Both the position numbers and the translations under genes were made by a program. A DNA stretch of 35,479 nucleotides, from NCBI GenBank assembly GCA_009787945.1, contig WQSI01000002.1, forward strand, positions 1 through 35,479, read 5' to 3'. This document shows, one piece after another, positions 24,222-33,555 of this stretch. The stretch is from Defluviitaleaceae bacterium. GTDB lineage: Bacteria > Bacillota > Clostridia > Lachnospirales > WRAX01. Every line of letters begins with the position of its first letter. The first letter of the stretch is position 1. A model generated the notes under the pieces. That model saw nothing but the letters and a program-made list of their open reading frames with translations. It was not told the DNA's origin and searched no databases.

Positions 24222-25832
24222 ATGAAGAAAAAGTTAGTAATGTTATCCATGTTAATCGTGGGCGCACTTGCTGTTGCGGCTTGCGGAGGTGGAAGCAACA
24301 ATGGAGATGCTCCTGCAGACCCACCAGCACCACCTGTGACCACAAATGAGGGCACTCAGGATGTTGAGCCACCACCAGCAGATGGCGGCGGCAGAACCCA
24401 CCTAAACATCGTTACTGGTTCTCTACCAGTTTCCATGGACCCAATTATGAGAAACGACAATGCGTCCTCTCAAGTTAACAAAAACCTTTATTCCACTTTG
24501 GTTTTGATGGACTATGACACTTTTGAAGTGCTTCCAAGCTTAGCCACTAGCTGGGATATGCCTGATGCTCAAACCATCAACATGACAATCCGTCAAGGCG
24601 TTGTTTTCCACAACGGTGACCCACTTACAGCCCATGACGTTCAGTTTACTCTAGAGCGTGCAGCTGTTTCTGCTGAAGTTGAAATCATCATCGGTATGAT
24701 GGATAGAGTAGTAGTTCATAATGACTACGAATTTACCATCTACCTACAATTCCCATTTGCTCCAATCATGCGTCACTTGGCTCACCCAACTTTGGGTATC
24801 GTTCCAATGAACCACGTGAACACTGTTGGCGAAGAGCATTTTGAAAACAATCCTGTTGGCTCTGGTCCTTTTGAGTTTGTAAGCATCATGCTTGGTGACA
24901 GAGTAGAACTTAGAAGATTTGAAGGCTACTGGGGAACTTTGCCAACTCTTGAAACTGTAACTATCCGTCAAATTGCTGAGCCTTCTGTACGTTTGATGGA
25001 AGTTCAAGCTGGTACTGCTGACTTTGCAACTGGTATCGCTCCAGTTGACGTTCCAACAGCTAATGCTGATGCTAACGTAAACTTGATGAGAAGAACTGCT
25101 CTTGGTAACTCTTACATCGGTATGAACGTTACTCGTCCATATCTATACAGCCCACTTGTTCGTCAAGCTATCAACTACGCTCTTGACACTCAAGCAATCG
25201 TAAACGCTGTTTGGGGTGACGTTGGTTCTGTTCAACGCGGTCCTTTCAATGACATCGTTTGGAGCTTCTATCAAGGTCTTGAGCTTTATCCAGTAAACCT
25301 TGACCGCGCTCGCGAGCTTCTTGCTGAAGCTGGCTATCCAAATGGTTTCGACACTAACATCTGGTGGAACATTGGTAACGGTCAACGTGAGCAAGTAGCT
25401 GAAATGGTTCAGTTTGCTCTAAGCCAAATCGGCATCAACGTTGAAATTCATGCTATGGAATGGCCTGTAATTCTTGAGCGTTCTGCAAATGCTGAGCATG
25501 ACCTATTTATCATGGGTTGGTCTACTGTAACTGGTGACCCTGACTATGGTCTATTCCCACTATTCCACAGCTCTAACTTCGGAGCTGCTGGTAACCGTAC
25601 TTTCTGGGCTACTCCAGAGCTTGATGCTCTTCTTGAAGCTGGCCGTTTTGCTGTAGATGACCAAGAGCGTCTTGACATCTATCGCGAAGCTCAAATCATG
25701 ATTCGTGACCAAGCTCCATGGGTATTCTTACATCAGTCTGAAACTCTTGAAGCTGTATCACACGACCTACGCGGCTACCAAATCAATCCAGCTGGTCACT
25801 TTAACCTAGCTACCATCTGGTTTGCTGACTAA
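24222..25832 (+). CDS. ABC transporter substrate-binding lipoprotein, family 5 (peptide/nickel; Opp/Dpp/Nik-like)
   Basis: Lipobox VAAC, a Pro-rich linker, and an SBP_bac_5-like sequence (PSLATSW, FHNGDPLTA). GGAGG SD. Confidence 0.9.
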   Translation: MKKKLVMLSMLIVGALAVAACGGGSNNGDAPADPPAPPVTTNEGTQDVEPPPADGGGRTHLNIVTGSLPVSMDPIMRNDNASSQVNKNLYSTLVLMDYDTFEVLPSLATSWDMPDAQTINMTIRQGVVFHNGDPLTAHDVQFTLERAAVSAEVEIIIGMMDRVVVHNDYEFTIYLQFPFAPIMRHLAHPTLGIVPMNHVNTVGEEHFENNPVGSGPFEFVSIMLGDRVELRRFEGYWGTLPTLETVTIRQIAEPSVRLMEVQAGTADFATGIAPVDVPTANADANVNLMRRTALGNSYIGMNVTRPYLYSPLVRQAINYALDTQAIVNAVWGDVGSVQRGPFNDIVWSFYQGLELYPVNLDRARELLAEAGYPNGFDTNIWWNIGNGQREQVAEMVQFALSQIGINVEIHAMEWPVILERSANAEHDLFIMGWSTVTGDPDYGLFPLFHSSNFGAAGNRTFWATPELDALLEAGRFAVDDQERLDIYREAQIMIRDQAPWVFLHQSETLEAVSHDLRGYQINPAGHFNLATIWFAD

Positions 25833-25865
25833 TATTTCAGCATTGAACTTTTCTAATGTATAAAT

Positions 25866-25925
25866 GAGAATTTAAAGGGCGGCAGAGCGACGAATGTAAA
25901 CTTTGTCGCCCTTGTTCTCATTTTA
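25866..25925 (+). terminator. Imperfect hairpin between the binding-protein and permease genes (possible partial terminator)
   Basis: GAGAA-ttt-AAGGGCG ... CGCCCTT-g-TTCTC (25866..25919), followed by ATTTTAT. Confidence 0.4.
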
Positions 25926-26018
25926 TAGCAAATTTTATCGAAAAAATTCGTCATTACATACTGTAATTTAAGGTAGTGAATTTATAGTGGCGATATAAAT
26001 TGAAAAGTAGGTGAATTA

Positions 26019-26945
26019 GTGCATAAATTTATATTAAAGCGTTTTTTAATGCTTATCCCTGTTTTGCTGGGTCTTGTATTTATCTTGTTTACCATACTAC
26101 ACTTTGCACCTGGCGACCCAGCGATGGTTATTGGCGGCGAGGCTGCCACTGAAGAAAGACTTCAAGAAATCAGAGAGGAGTTTGGACTCCTTGACCCGTT
26201 TATAGTCCAATTTGGTAACTATATGTGGGGCATCATCCGTTTGGATTTTGGTGTTTCTTGGATAACTAACAACTCTGTTGGTGAAGAAATTTTTGCTCGT
26301 TTCCCCAACACCATTCAGCTTGCAGCAATGGGTGTAACCCTTGGTCTCCTTTTAGGAATTCCTCTTGGCATCCTTTCTGCAACTAAGCAGTATTCAGCAC
26401 TTGATACCGGGGCTACGGTCTTCGGTCTTCTTGGCGTTTCCATCCCTAACTTCTGGCTAGGGCTGATGATGATTATGTTCTTCTCTGTAACTTTAGGTTG
26501 GCTGCCACCTACAGGGTTTGGAGAACCCATACAGTGGATAATGCCTACTGTTGCTATTGGTACAGGTTCTATGGCGATAATCATGCGTATGACACGTTCT
26601 TCTATGCTTGAATGTATCCGTCAAGACTACATACGTACTGCCCGCGCCAAAGGTCAAAAAGAGCGTATTGTTATCTTCCGCCACGCCCTTAAAAATGCCC
26701 TAATTCCAGTTACAACTGTTGCTGGTCTTAACTTTGGTTTCCTTTTGGGCGGTGCTGTTCTAACAGAAACAATTTTTGCCATCCCTGGCATTGGAAGCCT
26801 TGCTGTATCTGCCATCCAAGCAAGGGACAGACCCGTTATTCTTGGCGGTGTTTTGCTTTTTGCGGTAACATTTAGCGTCGTAAATCTGCTGGTTGACATA
26901 CTTTATGCCTTTATTGACCCGCGGATTCGTTCGCAATACAGATAG
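26019..26945 (+). CDS. ABC transporter permease (DppB/OppB-like)
   Basis: N-terminal ILKRFLMLIPVLLG...FAPGDP and an EAA-loop region (IRTARAKG). GTG start after AGGTGA. Confidence 0.9.
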   Translation: MHKFILKRFLMLIPVLLGLVFILFTILHFAPGDPAMVIGGEAATEERLQEIREEFGLLDPFIVQFGNYMWGIIRLDFGVSWITNNSVGEEIFARFPNTIQLAAMGVTLGLLLGIPLGILSATKQYSALDTGATVFGLLGVSIPNFWLGLMMIMFFSVTLGWLPPTGFGEPIQWIMPTVAIGTGSMAIIMRMTRSSMLECIRQDYIRTARAKGQKERIVIFRHALKNALIPVTTVAGLNFGFLLGGAVLTETIFAIPGIGSLAVSAIQARDRPVILGGVLLFAVTFSVVNLLVDILYAFIDPRIRSQYR

Positions 26946-26959
26946 GGAGGCTTAAAATA

Positions 26960-27934
26960 ATGATTAACACTGTTGAAACTGCGGTAAAACCAAATCGCAA
27001 AAAGGGTCAGTTAGGAGCTATTTGGAAACGCTTCAAAAAGAACCCTTTGGCTGTTGCTGGTCTTATCATAGTATCGTTGCTTATTCTTCTTGCGGCATTC
27101 GCAGATGTGATTGCCCCTGCAGATGGTAATATTCCTGGCTATAACCGTCAGGATTGGTCACGTCAAAGGCAATTTCCGTCTGCCGAGCATATTTTCGGAA
27201 CAGACAATGTAGGGCGTGACATTTTCCACCGTATTGCCCATGGTGCTAGAATTTCCTTGCTGGTAGGTCTTGTGGTTGTATCTGTTGGTATGACTATTGG
27301 CGTTACCCTTGGTTCTATTTCTGGTTTTTATGGCGGGTGGCGCGAAAATATAATTATGCGTTTTATTGATATTATCTTGGCTGTGCCAAATATTTTGATA
27401 GCAATTATAATTGCAGGTGCTTTAGGACCTGGCTTGATAAATGTTATGATTGCGGTAGGTATTGGTGCTATACCAGGCTATGCCCGTATTGTACGCGGAC
27501 AAGTTTTATCTGTGCGCGACCAAGAGTTTGTAGAAGCTGCCCGTTCTATCGGGGCTAACGACTTCCGCCTAATTCGTAAACATGTTTTGCCAAACTGCAT
27601 GGCGCCTATTATTGTTGAAGCGTCCATGGGTATGGCGGGAGCTATACTTTCTGCTGCTGGTCTTTCCTTTATCGGTGTTGGCCTTCAGCCGCCAACTGCA
27701 GAATGGGGCGCAATGCTTTCTGCTGGCCGCGGCTTCTTGCTTGCTGGCTACTGGCATATGACCCTTTTCCCTGGCATATTTATAGCTGCCATCGTATTCT
27801 CGTTTAATATGATAGGTGATGGTTTGCGTGATGCCCTTGACCCACGTTTGCGTGGTGCCAGCTTTAGTAAGCGTAAGTTTAAGCGCGTTTTGGCGCAAAG
27901 AGCCGCCAGAGGCGAGGAAGGAGGACGTGCGTAA
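26960..27934 (+). CDS. ABC transporter permease (DppC/OppC-like)
   Basis: OppC-type N-terminal TM segment, GTDNVGRDIF motif, and the EAA loop FVEAARSIGA. Confidence 0.9.
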   Translation: MINTVETAVKPNRKKGQLGAIWKRFKKNPLAVAGLIIVSLLILLAAFADVIAPADGNIPGYNRQDWSRQRQFPSAEHIFGTDNVGRDIFHRIAHGARISLLVGLVVVSVGMTIGVTLGSISGFYGGWRENIIMRFIDIILAVPNILIAIIIAGALGPGLINVMIAVGIGAIPGYARIVRGQVLSVRDQEFVEAARSIGANDFRLIRKHVLPNCMAPIIVEASMGMAGAILSAAGLSFIGVGLQPPTAEWGAMLSAGRGFLLAGYWHMTLFPGIFIAAIVFSFNMIGDGLRDALDPRLRGASFSKRKFKRVLAQRAARGEEGGRA

Positions 27935-28926
27935 TGGCAGACAACAAAAATTTATTAAATGTTGATGGTCTGACCATCCACTTTTTCCTTGAGGATGGCA
28001 CGGTGCAAGCTGTAAATGACCTAAGTTTTGATTTGAAACCAGGGGAAACCATTGGTCTTGTTGGTGAAACAGGTGCTGGGAAAACCACCACCGCTCTCGG
28101 CATTATGCGCCTTGTGCAATCACCTCCTGGGCTTGTGGTTGATGGTAAAGTTGAGTTTGAAGGGCGCAATCTCCTTGATTTAACTGAGGCAGAAATGCGT
28201 AACGTTCGTGGCGGCAAAATTGCCATGATTTTCCAAGACCCAATGACAAGCCTTAACCCCACAATCCCAGTTGTCGACCAAATTGCAGAGGTTATTTTGT
28301 TGCATGAGGACATCAACGCCAAAGATGCAATTATAAAGGCAGAAGGGATGCTTGACAAAGTTGGTATCCGTAGAGAGCGCGCTAAAGAGTTCCCTCACCA
28401 GTTTTCTGGCGGTATGCGTCAGCGTGTGGGTATCGCAATCGCTCTTGCTTGCAACCCTGCCCTTCTTATTGCAGATGAGCCGACAACCGCTCTTGACGTG
28501 ACAATTCAAGCACAAGTTTTGGAATTGATGAAGGATTTGAAAGTAGAACTTAACACAGCAATGGTAATGATTACCCATGACCTTGGTATTGTTGCGGAAA
28601 TTTGCGACAAAGTTGCCATTATGTATGCTGGTTCTGCTGTAGAAACCGCGGATAAATTCGACCTTTTCCGCACACCAAAACACCCTTACACCCTTGGGTT
28701 ATTTGATTCTATTCCAGATATTGCTAAGGACGAAGCCCGCCTCAAGCCCATTAAAGGCTTGATGCCAGACCCAGTTAATTTGCCTTCTGGCTGTCCTTTC
28801 CATCCAAGATGTGACAAGGCAATGCCAGAATGTTCAACTCGCGTGCCGAAGCGCACCGAGGTGGCAGAGGGTCATTTTGTAAAATGCTTGCTATATGAGG
28901 ACGGAAGGAAAGGGGTGGATGCGTAA
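27934..28926 (+). CDS. ABC transporter ATP-binding protein (OppD/DppD-like)
   Basis: It has GETGAGKTT, FSGGMRQRV, LIADEPTTALD and a C-terminal oligopeptide-type CPFHPRC motif. TAATG overlap with the upstream gene. Confidence 0.93.
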   Translation: MADNKNLLNVDGLTIHFFLEDGTVQAVNDLSFDLKPGETIGLVGETGAGKTTTALGIMRLVQSPPGLVVDGKVEFEGRNLLDLTEAEMRNVRGGKIAMIFQDPMTSLNPTIPVVDQIAEVILLHEDINAKDAIIKAEGMLDKVGIRRERAKEFPHQFSGGMRQRVGIAIALACNPALLIADEPTTALDVTIQAQVLELMKDLKVELNTAMVMITHDLGIVAEICDKVAIMYAGSAVETADKFDLFRTPKHPYTLGLFDSIPDIAKDEARLKPIKGLMPDPVNLPSGCPFHPRCDKAMPECSTRVPKRTEVAEGHFVKCLLYEDGRKGVDA

Positions 28927-29930
28927 TGTCAAAAGTTCTGTTAGAAGCTAAGAACCTAAAAAAATATTTTATGACTAAGCGTGGACCGCTTCACGCCGTT
29001 GATAATATTAATTTCAAAATCAACAAAGGTGAAACCCTTGGGCTTGTTGGTGAGTCTGGTTGTGGTAAATCTACCACTGGGCGCGTGGTTTTGCGCCTTT
29101 TAGAAGCCACAGGCGGCGAAGTTGTTTTTAACGGCGAAAACATTTTGGATTACAGCAAACAGCAAATGCGCAGTTTCCGCGAAAATGCTCAAATTGTTTT
29201 CCAAGACCCTTTCGCTTCTCTTAACCCACGTATGAGCGTGTCCGAAATCATCGGTGAGCCTCTTGTTATAAACAAAAAGGTGACTGACAAGCATGATTTG
29301 CATAAGCAAGTCAAAAAGTTAATGGACACTGTGGGTCTTGCAGAGCGTTTGGAAAATGTTTATCCCCATGAGCTTGATGGCGGCCGCCGTCAGCGTATTG
29401 GTATCGCCCGCTCTCTTGCTCTAAACCCAGAGTTTATTGTGCAGGACGAGCCAGTTTCCGCCCTTGACGTTTCCATTCAAGCTCAAATTTTGAACTTGAT
29501 GGAAGAGCTTCAAAGAGAAATGGGGCTCACTTACTTATTCATCTCCCATGATATGGGCGTTATCAAGCATATGAGTAACAACATTGCTGTAATGTACCTT
29601 GGCAAAATTGTGGAGATGAGCGACTATCAATCTATGTTTGAGTCGCCGCAACATCCATATACAAGAGCATTGCTTTCAGCAATTCCTGTGCCAGATGTGG
29701 ACATTAAGCGTGAGCGCATTATTTTGGAAGGTGATGTTCCATCTCCAATTAATCCGCCTCCTGGTTGCCGCTTCTACGGTCGTTGCTTTGAGCGCATGGA
29801 TATGTGTAAAGATGTTGACCCAGAGCTTGTTGAGTTTGCTCCTGGTCGTTTTGTTGCGTGTCATAACTGCAATAAAAACACTGCAGCAACTGCTACTGTA
29901 GCTGCTGCCGCTGATGATGCAGAAGTTTAA
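28926..29930 (+). CDS. ABC transporter ATP-binding protein (OppF/DppF-like)
   Basis: It has GESGCGKST, a signature region (LDGGRRQRI), IVQDEPVSALD and C-terminal GCRFYGRC, plus an Ala/Thr-rich tail. Confidence 0.92.
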   Translation: MSKVLLEAKNLKKYFMTKRGPLHAVDNINFKINKGETLGLVGESGCGKSTTGRVVLRLLEATGGEVVFNGENILDYSKQQMRSFRENAQIVFQDPFASLNPRMSVSEIIGEPLVINKKVTDKHDLHKQVKKLMDTVGLAERLENVYPHELDGGRRQRIGIARSLALNPEFIVQDEPVSALDVSIQAQILNLMEELQREMGLTYLFISHDMGVIKHMSNNIAVMYLGKIVEMSDYQSMFESPQHPYTRALLSAIPVPDVDIKRERIILEGDVPSPINPPPGCRFYGRCFERMDMCKDVDPELVEFAPGRFVACHNCNKNTAATATVAAAADDAEV

Positions 29931-30291
29931 AGAAAAGCTCAAGGCTTTTCTGAAAATGTTAGGTACGGCAGCTGCTATTACGGTGGTGGTGGGGGCTTTA
30001 AGCCCCTTCTACGCCCTAATTGCTCACGGCCGTATGGCATCTTACTACATTTTTACCGCTAACCTTCTTGTGGCCGCGTTTCTTGTGGCCGCGGGGTTAG
30101 TGGTACTTGTGTTTCCTGCGCGCCTTAGCGAGTCTGAAAAGCGGCTTTTGGACCACTCCACCTATGCCGAGCGCATGGGCGACATTAGAGAGCGAAAACG
30201 AGAGCGAGCCTATCACCTACTATATATCGGTTTGTTGGCAGGCGGCATAACTATGCTTGCTGAGCTTCTGGTTTTCTTGGCTCAGGGGTAA
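29914..30291 (+). CDS. Small three-TM membrane protein, unknown function
   Basis: It has three hydrophobic segments and overlaps the end of the upstream ATPase gene by 17 nt. There is no clear SD, so the start is uncertain (alternative Met at 29956). A terminator follows. Confidence 0.45.
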   Translation: MMQKFKEKLKAFLKMLGTAAAITVVVGALSPFYALIAHGRMASYYIFTANLLVAAFLVAAGLVVLVFPARLSESEKRLLDHSTYAERMGDIRERKRERAYHLLYIGLLAGGITMLAELLVFLAQG

Positions 30292-30308
30292 GTACAGAAA
30301 CACTTCAT

Positions 30309-30340
30309 AACACCGCTTTTAAAAGGCGGTGTTTTTATTT
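30309..30340 (+). terminator. Intrinsic terminator of the peptide ABC operon
   Basis: ACACCGC (30310..30316) pairs with GCGGTGT (30326..30332), followed by TTTTTATTT. Confidence 0.75.
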
Positions 30341-30410
30341 GTCCTCATTCACATAGCCAAGACTGGCGCAATATATTGATTTGTAGGAATTTTTTGGGTG
30401 GGGTGGTGCA

Positions 30411-31160
30411 ATGCGTTTAAAGGCGATTGTAGATTTAGTGGACATTTCCATGAATTACCATTCTAAGGAAGGGGAAACCCGCGCTGTGGCAGGGGTTAAT
30501 CTTTCTGTGGAGGCGGGGGAGTTTGTTAGCGTTGTTGGTCCTTCGGGATGTGGAAAATCTACCATTTTATCGTTAATTGCAGGGCTTATATCACCCACCT
30601 CTGGTCATGTGGAAGTAAATGGTCGTGTTGGGTATATGTTCCAGCGTGACCAGCTTTTTCCATGGCGCACTATTTTGGATAATGTTCTGCTTGGCTTGGA
30701 AATTCAGAAAAATAAGTCTGCTGAAGCGATTGCTTACGCTCATGAAATGCTGGAAAAATATGGACTTGGAGATTTCAAAAATCACCGCCCAAGGGAGATG
30801 TCTGGAGGTATGCGTCAACGTGTGGCTCTCATTCGCACTCTGGTAACGCGCCCCAAAATCCTGCTTCTTGACGAGCCTTTTTCCGCTTTAGACTACCAAA
30901 CTCGCCTGTCGGTAAGTGACGAAGTTGGCGGAATTATAGCGGAAGAGGGTGTTACTGCAATACTTGTGACCCACGATATTTCTGAGGCGATTGCCCTTAG
31001 CGACCGTGTGGTTGTCCTAAGTAAGCGGCCTTCAAGGGTGGTTAGCGTTCACAAAATTGATTTTGAGGGGGAATGTGGCACGCCAACAGCGCGACGCAAA
31101 CAACCCCAATTTCCAGAGTATTTTGACAAAATTTGGAAGGAGATGAGAGAAGATGAGTAA
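30411..31160 (+). CDS. ABC transporter ATP-binding protein, NitT/TauT (nitrate/sulfonate/taurine-like) family
   Basis: It has GPSGCGKST, MSGGMRQRVALIRTL and LLLDEPFSALD, in a single-NBD 249-aa format typical of SsuB/TauB-like proteins. Confidence 0.87.
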   Translation: MRLKAIVDLVDISMNYHSKEGETRAVAGVNLSVEAGEFVSVVGPSGCGKSTILSLIAGLISPTSGHVEVNGRVGYMFQRDQLFPWRTILDNVLLGLEIQKNKSAEAIAYAHEMLEKYGLGDFKNHRPREMSGGMRQRVALIRTLVTRPKILLLDEPFSALDYQTRLSVSDEVGGIIAEEGVTAILVTHDISEAIALSDRVVVLSKRPSRVVSVHKIDFEGECGTPTARRKQPQFPEYFDKIWKEMREDE

Positions 31161-31944
31161 CGCACAAATCAACTTCTTGAAAGGGCTTAGGCGCAAAAAA
31201 ATGCTTGTTGCAACCTTCCAAATCTTAATTTTAATAGCTTTTTTTGGGCTGTGGGAGGTGGCATCAAATCTCGGCTGGATAGAAGCCTTTATTTTCAGCT
31301 CCCCCAGCCGTATGTGGCGGATGCTGCTGTCCATGATAGAACGCGGCGAGTTGCTTCGCCATATTTGGGTCACAGGGGGACAGGTTATTGCGGGCTTTGT
31401 TCTGGGCACGGTGCTTGGCGTTGTAATAGCCACTTGCTTGTGGGCAAATGACTTTACAAGGCGAGTTCTAAACCCATATTTAGTGGTGTTTAACGCCTTG
31501 CCAAAAACTGCCCTTGCCCCCATAATCATTGTGTGGATGGGCAACAACCCCCGCGCTATAATCGTCACCGCATTGCTAATTTCGGTTGTGGTCACTGTTT
31601 TAAACGTGTTAACGGGCTTTGTCCAAGTGGAGGAGGACAAAGTGCGCCTAGCACAAAGTTTCGGGGCATCCAAAGGTCAAATTTTAACGAAAGTGGTATT
31701 CCCCGCCTCTGTACCCGACATTATAAACGCGCTAAAAATCAACATCGGGCTGTCTTTTGTGGGCGTTATCGTTGGCGAATTTTTAGTGGCACAGGCAGGC
31801 CTGGGCTTTCTTATTGTCTATGGCAGCCAAATATTCCGTATGGATATGGTGATGTTATCAATAATCATTCTTTGTGTGATGGCGGCAGTTTTCTATTTGC
31901 TGACATCTCTTGCGGAAAAATTTTTCTGCGGTTGGAGCGAGTAA
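31153..31944 (+). CDS. ABC transporter permease, NitT/TauT family
   Basis: Six-TM profile with an EAA-like loop (VRLAQSFGASKGQIL). 8-nt overlap with the ATPase gene. Confidence 0.87.
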   Translation: MSNAQINFLKGLRRKKMLVATFQILILIAFFGLWEVASNLGWIEAFIFSSPSRMWRMLLSMIERGELLRHIWVTGGQVIAGFVLGTVLGVVIATCLWANDFTRRVLNPYLVVFNALPKTALAPIIIVWMGNNPRAIIVTALLISVVVTVLNVLTGFVQVEEDKVRLAQSFGASKGQILTKVVFPASVPDIINALKINIGLSFVGVIVGEFLVAQAGLGFLIVYGSQIFRMDMVMLSIIILCVMAAVFYLLTSLAEKFFCGWSE

Positions 31945-31992
31945 CACCACAACAGCCACTAATCCAAGGGGATTGGTGGCTGTTGTGGTGTT
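31943..31992. terminator. Long perfect hairpin between convergent genes (bidirectional terminator candidate)
   Basis: AACACCACAACAGCCAC (31943..31959) pairs with GTGGCTGTTGTGGTGTT (31976..31992), a 17-bp perfect stem. The loop can extend pairing (AATCC/GGATT). The stem starts inside the TAA stop of the permease gene, and the U-tract is weak. Confidence 0.6.
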
Positions 31993-32020
31993 ATATTAAA
32001 TGAACAAGTTGATGATTTCT

Positions 32021-33385
32021 TTAATCAGCAAAATTAATCCGCCAGTATCCGCCAGAGTTTCGGTAGACTTGTGTGGTAGGCGCGTATTGGTCGCCGATAC
32101 GGCGTGATACATGCAGATATTCACCGCAAGCGGTAACGCGCATAATAAGCCGCTCGTTGGTTGTGGCTATGGGCCACATTTCAACTACAATTTCATCATT
32201 TGTTATTATAAAGTCGCCAAAGCCGTCACTTGGTCCTCTGGAATTTGTTGCATCTCGATTGCCGCCGAAATTATTTGTGGGGCTAGGTCTTAACCCCGAA
32301 TGTTGCATCCTGCCGCCCCTAGGCATAACATTAGACAGGAAGGTAATTTCTCTACCGCTGTCGCTTTCTGAAAAAACATCATTTTCTATTTGCCCAATGT
32401 GTCGCCAGGCGGTGGAACTTATGGTGCGGTATGTTAGCATTAAATAGTTGCCGCATGGGGTTAGGTGACGGGTTATAGGCGATGGTGTCACCGCCAGCAC
32501 ATCATTTCTACCCCCAGCCCTGCCGCTGTTTTGGTAGTTGACGGTATGCCCTAAAGCCACCAAAACATCTGCCACGGGAAACATAGCCACATTGCGGTTT
32601 GCCCTGGTAAGCATGTTATAATCAACCATTCTTGGGTATGTGGTCATGCGGTAATTTGTGCCGTTTATTTGTATGTACGGGCTGTACATGGATAAAATTG
32701 CTGTGTTTGTGCCGTCGTCAAGAAAAAACCTGTTGCCTGCCTCGTCAAATGTTATGTGATACCCGACCCTGCCTAACAAATAGTGATTAAAAGGGGAAAA
32801 GTGCCTGCCTTCGTCCATGGCTCTTGTAAGCCATCCTTCCCCAGTGGGTCTGCTGCTTCCCACTTGAATATCCAAGGGTCGCGATATGAAAGTTGCTTCA
32901 ATGTCGATTAAATGCTGTATATTTGGTATTGGCTGGGGGTTTGTGATAACCAATGTGTTTCTGGTGGTGTCCATTAACACATTGTATCCCGCTGTCCTCA
33001 AGATGAAGGCGAGGGGTGATGCCACACTTTCGCCTATAAGTTTTATTGGCGAACTTAAACCGAAAGTATTTCCGTTAAAAATAAAGGCTGGTATGCCCAC
33101 TGCAACAGCAAGTTGTTTATTACCTTTTATAAAAGCCACAACCCCGTCTTCCCAAATTACGGTGTAGCCCAAAGCCTCAAAAACCTCCCGCATAGGGGTG
33201 AAGGTTACGCCACCAATAGCAACAGGTTGTTGCCTTGCAAAGCTTACAATTTGCCCATTAACCTCCACCGTCATGTTGCTGCTGGCAAGGGCAACGGGTG
33301 CATCAACCATAGATGTGACAAATACAAAAACCATCAAAAAACCAACCCGACCTAGCAGTTTCTTAAAAACTCCCACCATAATCAA
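32021..33385 (-). CDS. Secreted protein with a copper-amine-oxidase N-terminal-like (stalk) domain and an uncharacterised C-terminal region
   Basis: It has a signal peptide (VALASS) and VEVNGQIVSF...VTFTPMREVFEALGYTVIWED, typical of the Cu_amine_oxidN1 domain. AAAGGAG SD. Confidence 0.7.
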   Translation of the reverse strand: MIMVGVFKKLLGRVGFLMVFVFVTSMVDAPVALASSNMTVEVNGQIVSFARQQPVAIGGVTFTPMREVFEALGYTVIWEDGVVAFIKGNKQLAVAVGIPAFIFNGNTFGLSSPIKLIGESVASPLAFILRTAGYNVLMDTTRNTLVITNPQPIPNIQHLIDIEATFISRPLDIQVGSSRPTGEGWLTRAMDEGRHFSPFNHYLLGRVGYHITFDEAGNRFFLDDGTNTAILSMYSPYIQINGTNYRMTTYPRMVDYNMLTRANRNVAMFPVADVLVALGHTVNYQNSGRAGGRNDVLAVTPSPITRHLTPCGNYLMLTYRTISSTAWRHIGQIENDVFSESDSGREITFLSNVMPRGGRMQHSGLRPSPTNNFGGNRDATNSRGPSDGFGDFIITNDEIVVEMWPIATTNERLIMRVTACGEYLHVSRRIGDQYAPTTQVYRNSGGYWRINFAD

Positions 33386-33434
33386 CTCCTTTAAATTAAA
33401 TCAAGAGGGCAATCCCTGTGCCATCCATGACTTT

Positions 33435-33443
33435 ATTATAGCA
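33435..33443 (-). promoter_or_regulatory. Possible extended -10 promoter for 32021..33385
   Basis: The minus strand reads TGcTATAAT. No good -35 box is present. Confidence 0.3.
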
Positions 33444-33518
33444 TATATATAAACAAAAATAAAGGGGTAATTTTCAAAACGCACTATCAAAGCCTTTTGT
33501 AAATTGGGCTGAATAATA

Positions 33519-33547
33519 TTGACAAGGTTTGGATAAAAGTGTATAAT
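33519..33547 (+). promoter_or_regulatory. Consensus promoter of xseB-ispA-dxs
   Basis: TTGACA (33519..33524), a 17-nt spacer, then TATAAT (33542..33547). Confidence 0.6.
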
Positions 33548-33555
33548 TAGAAAGA

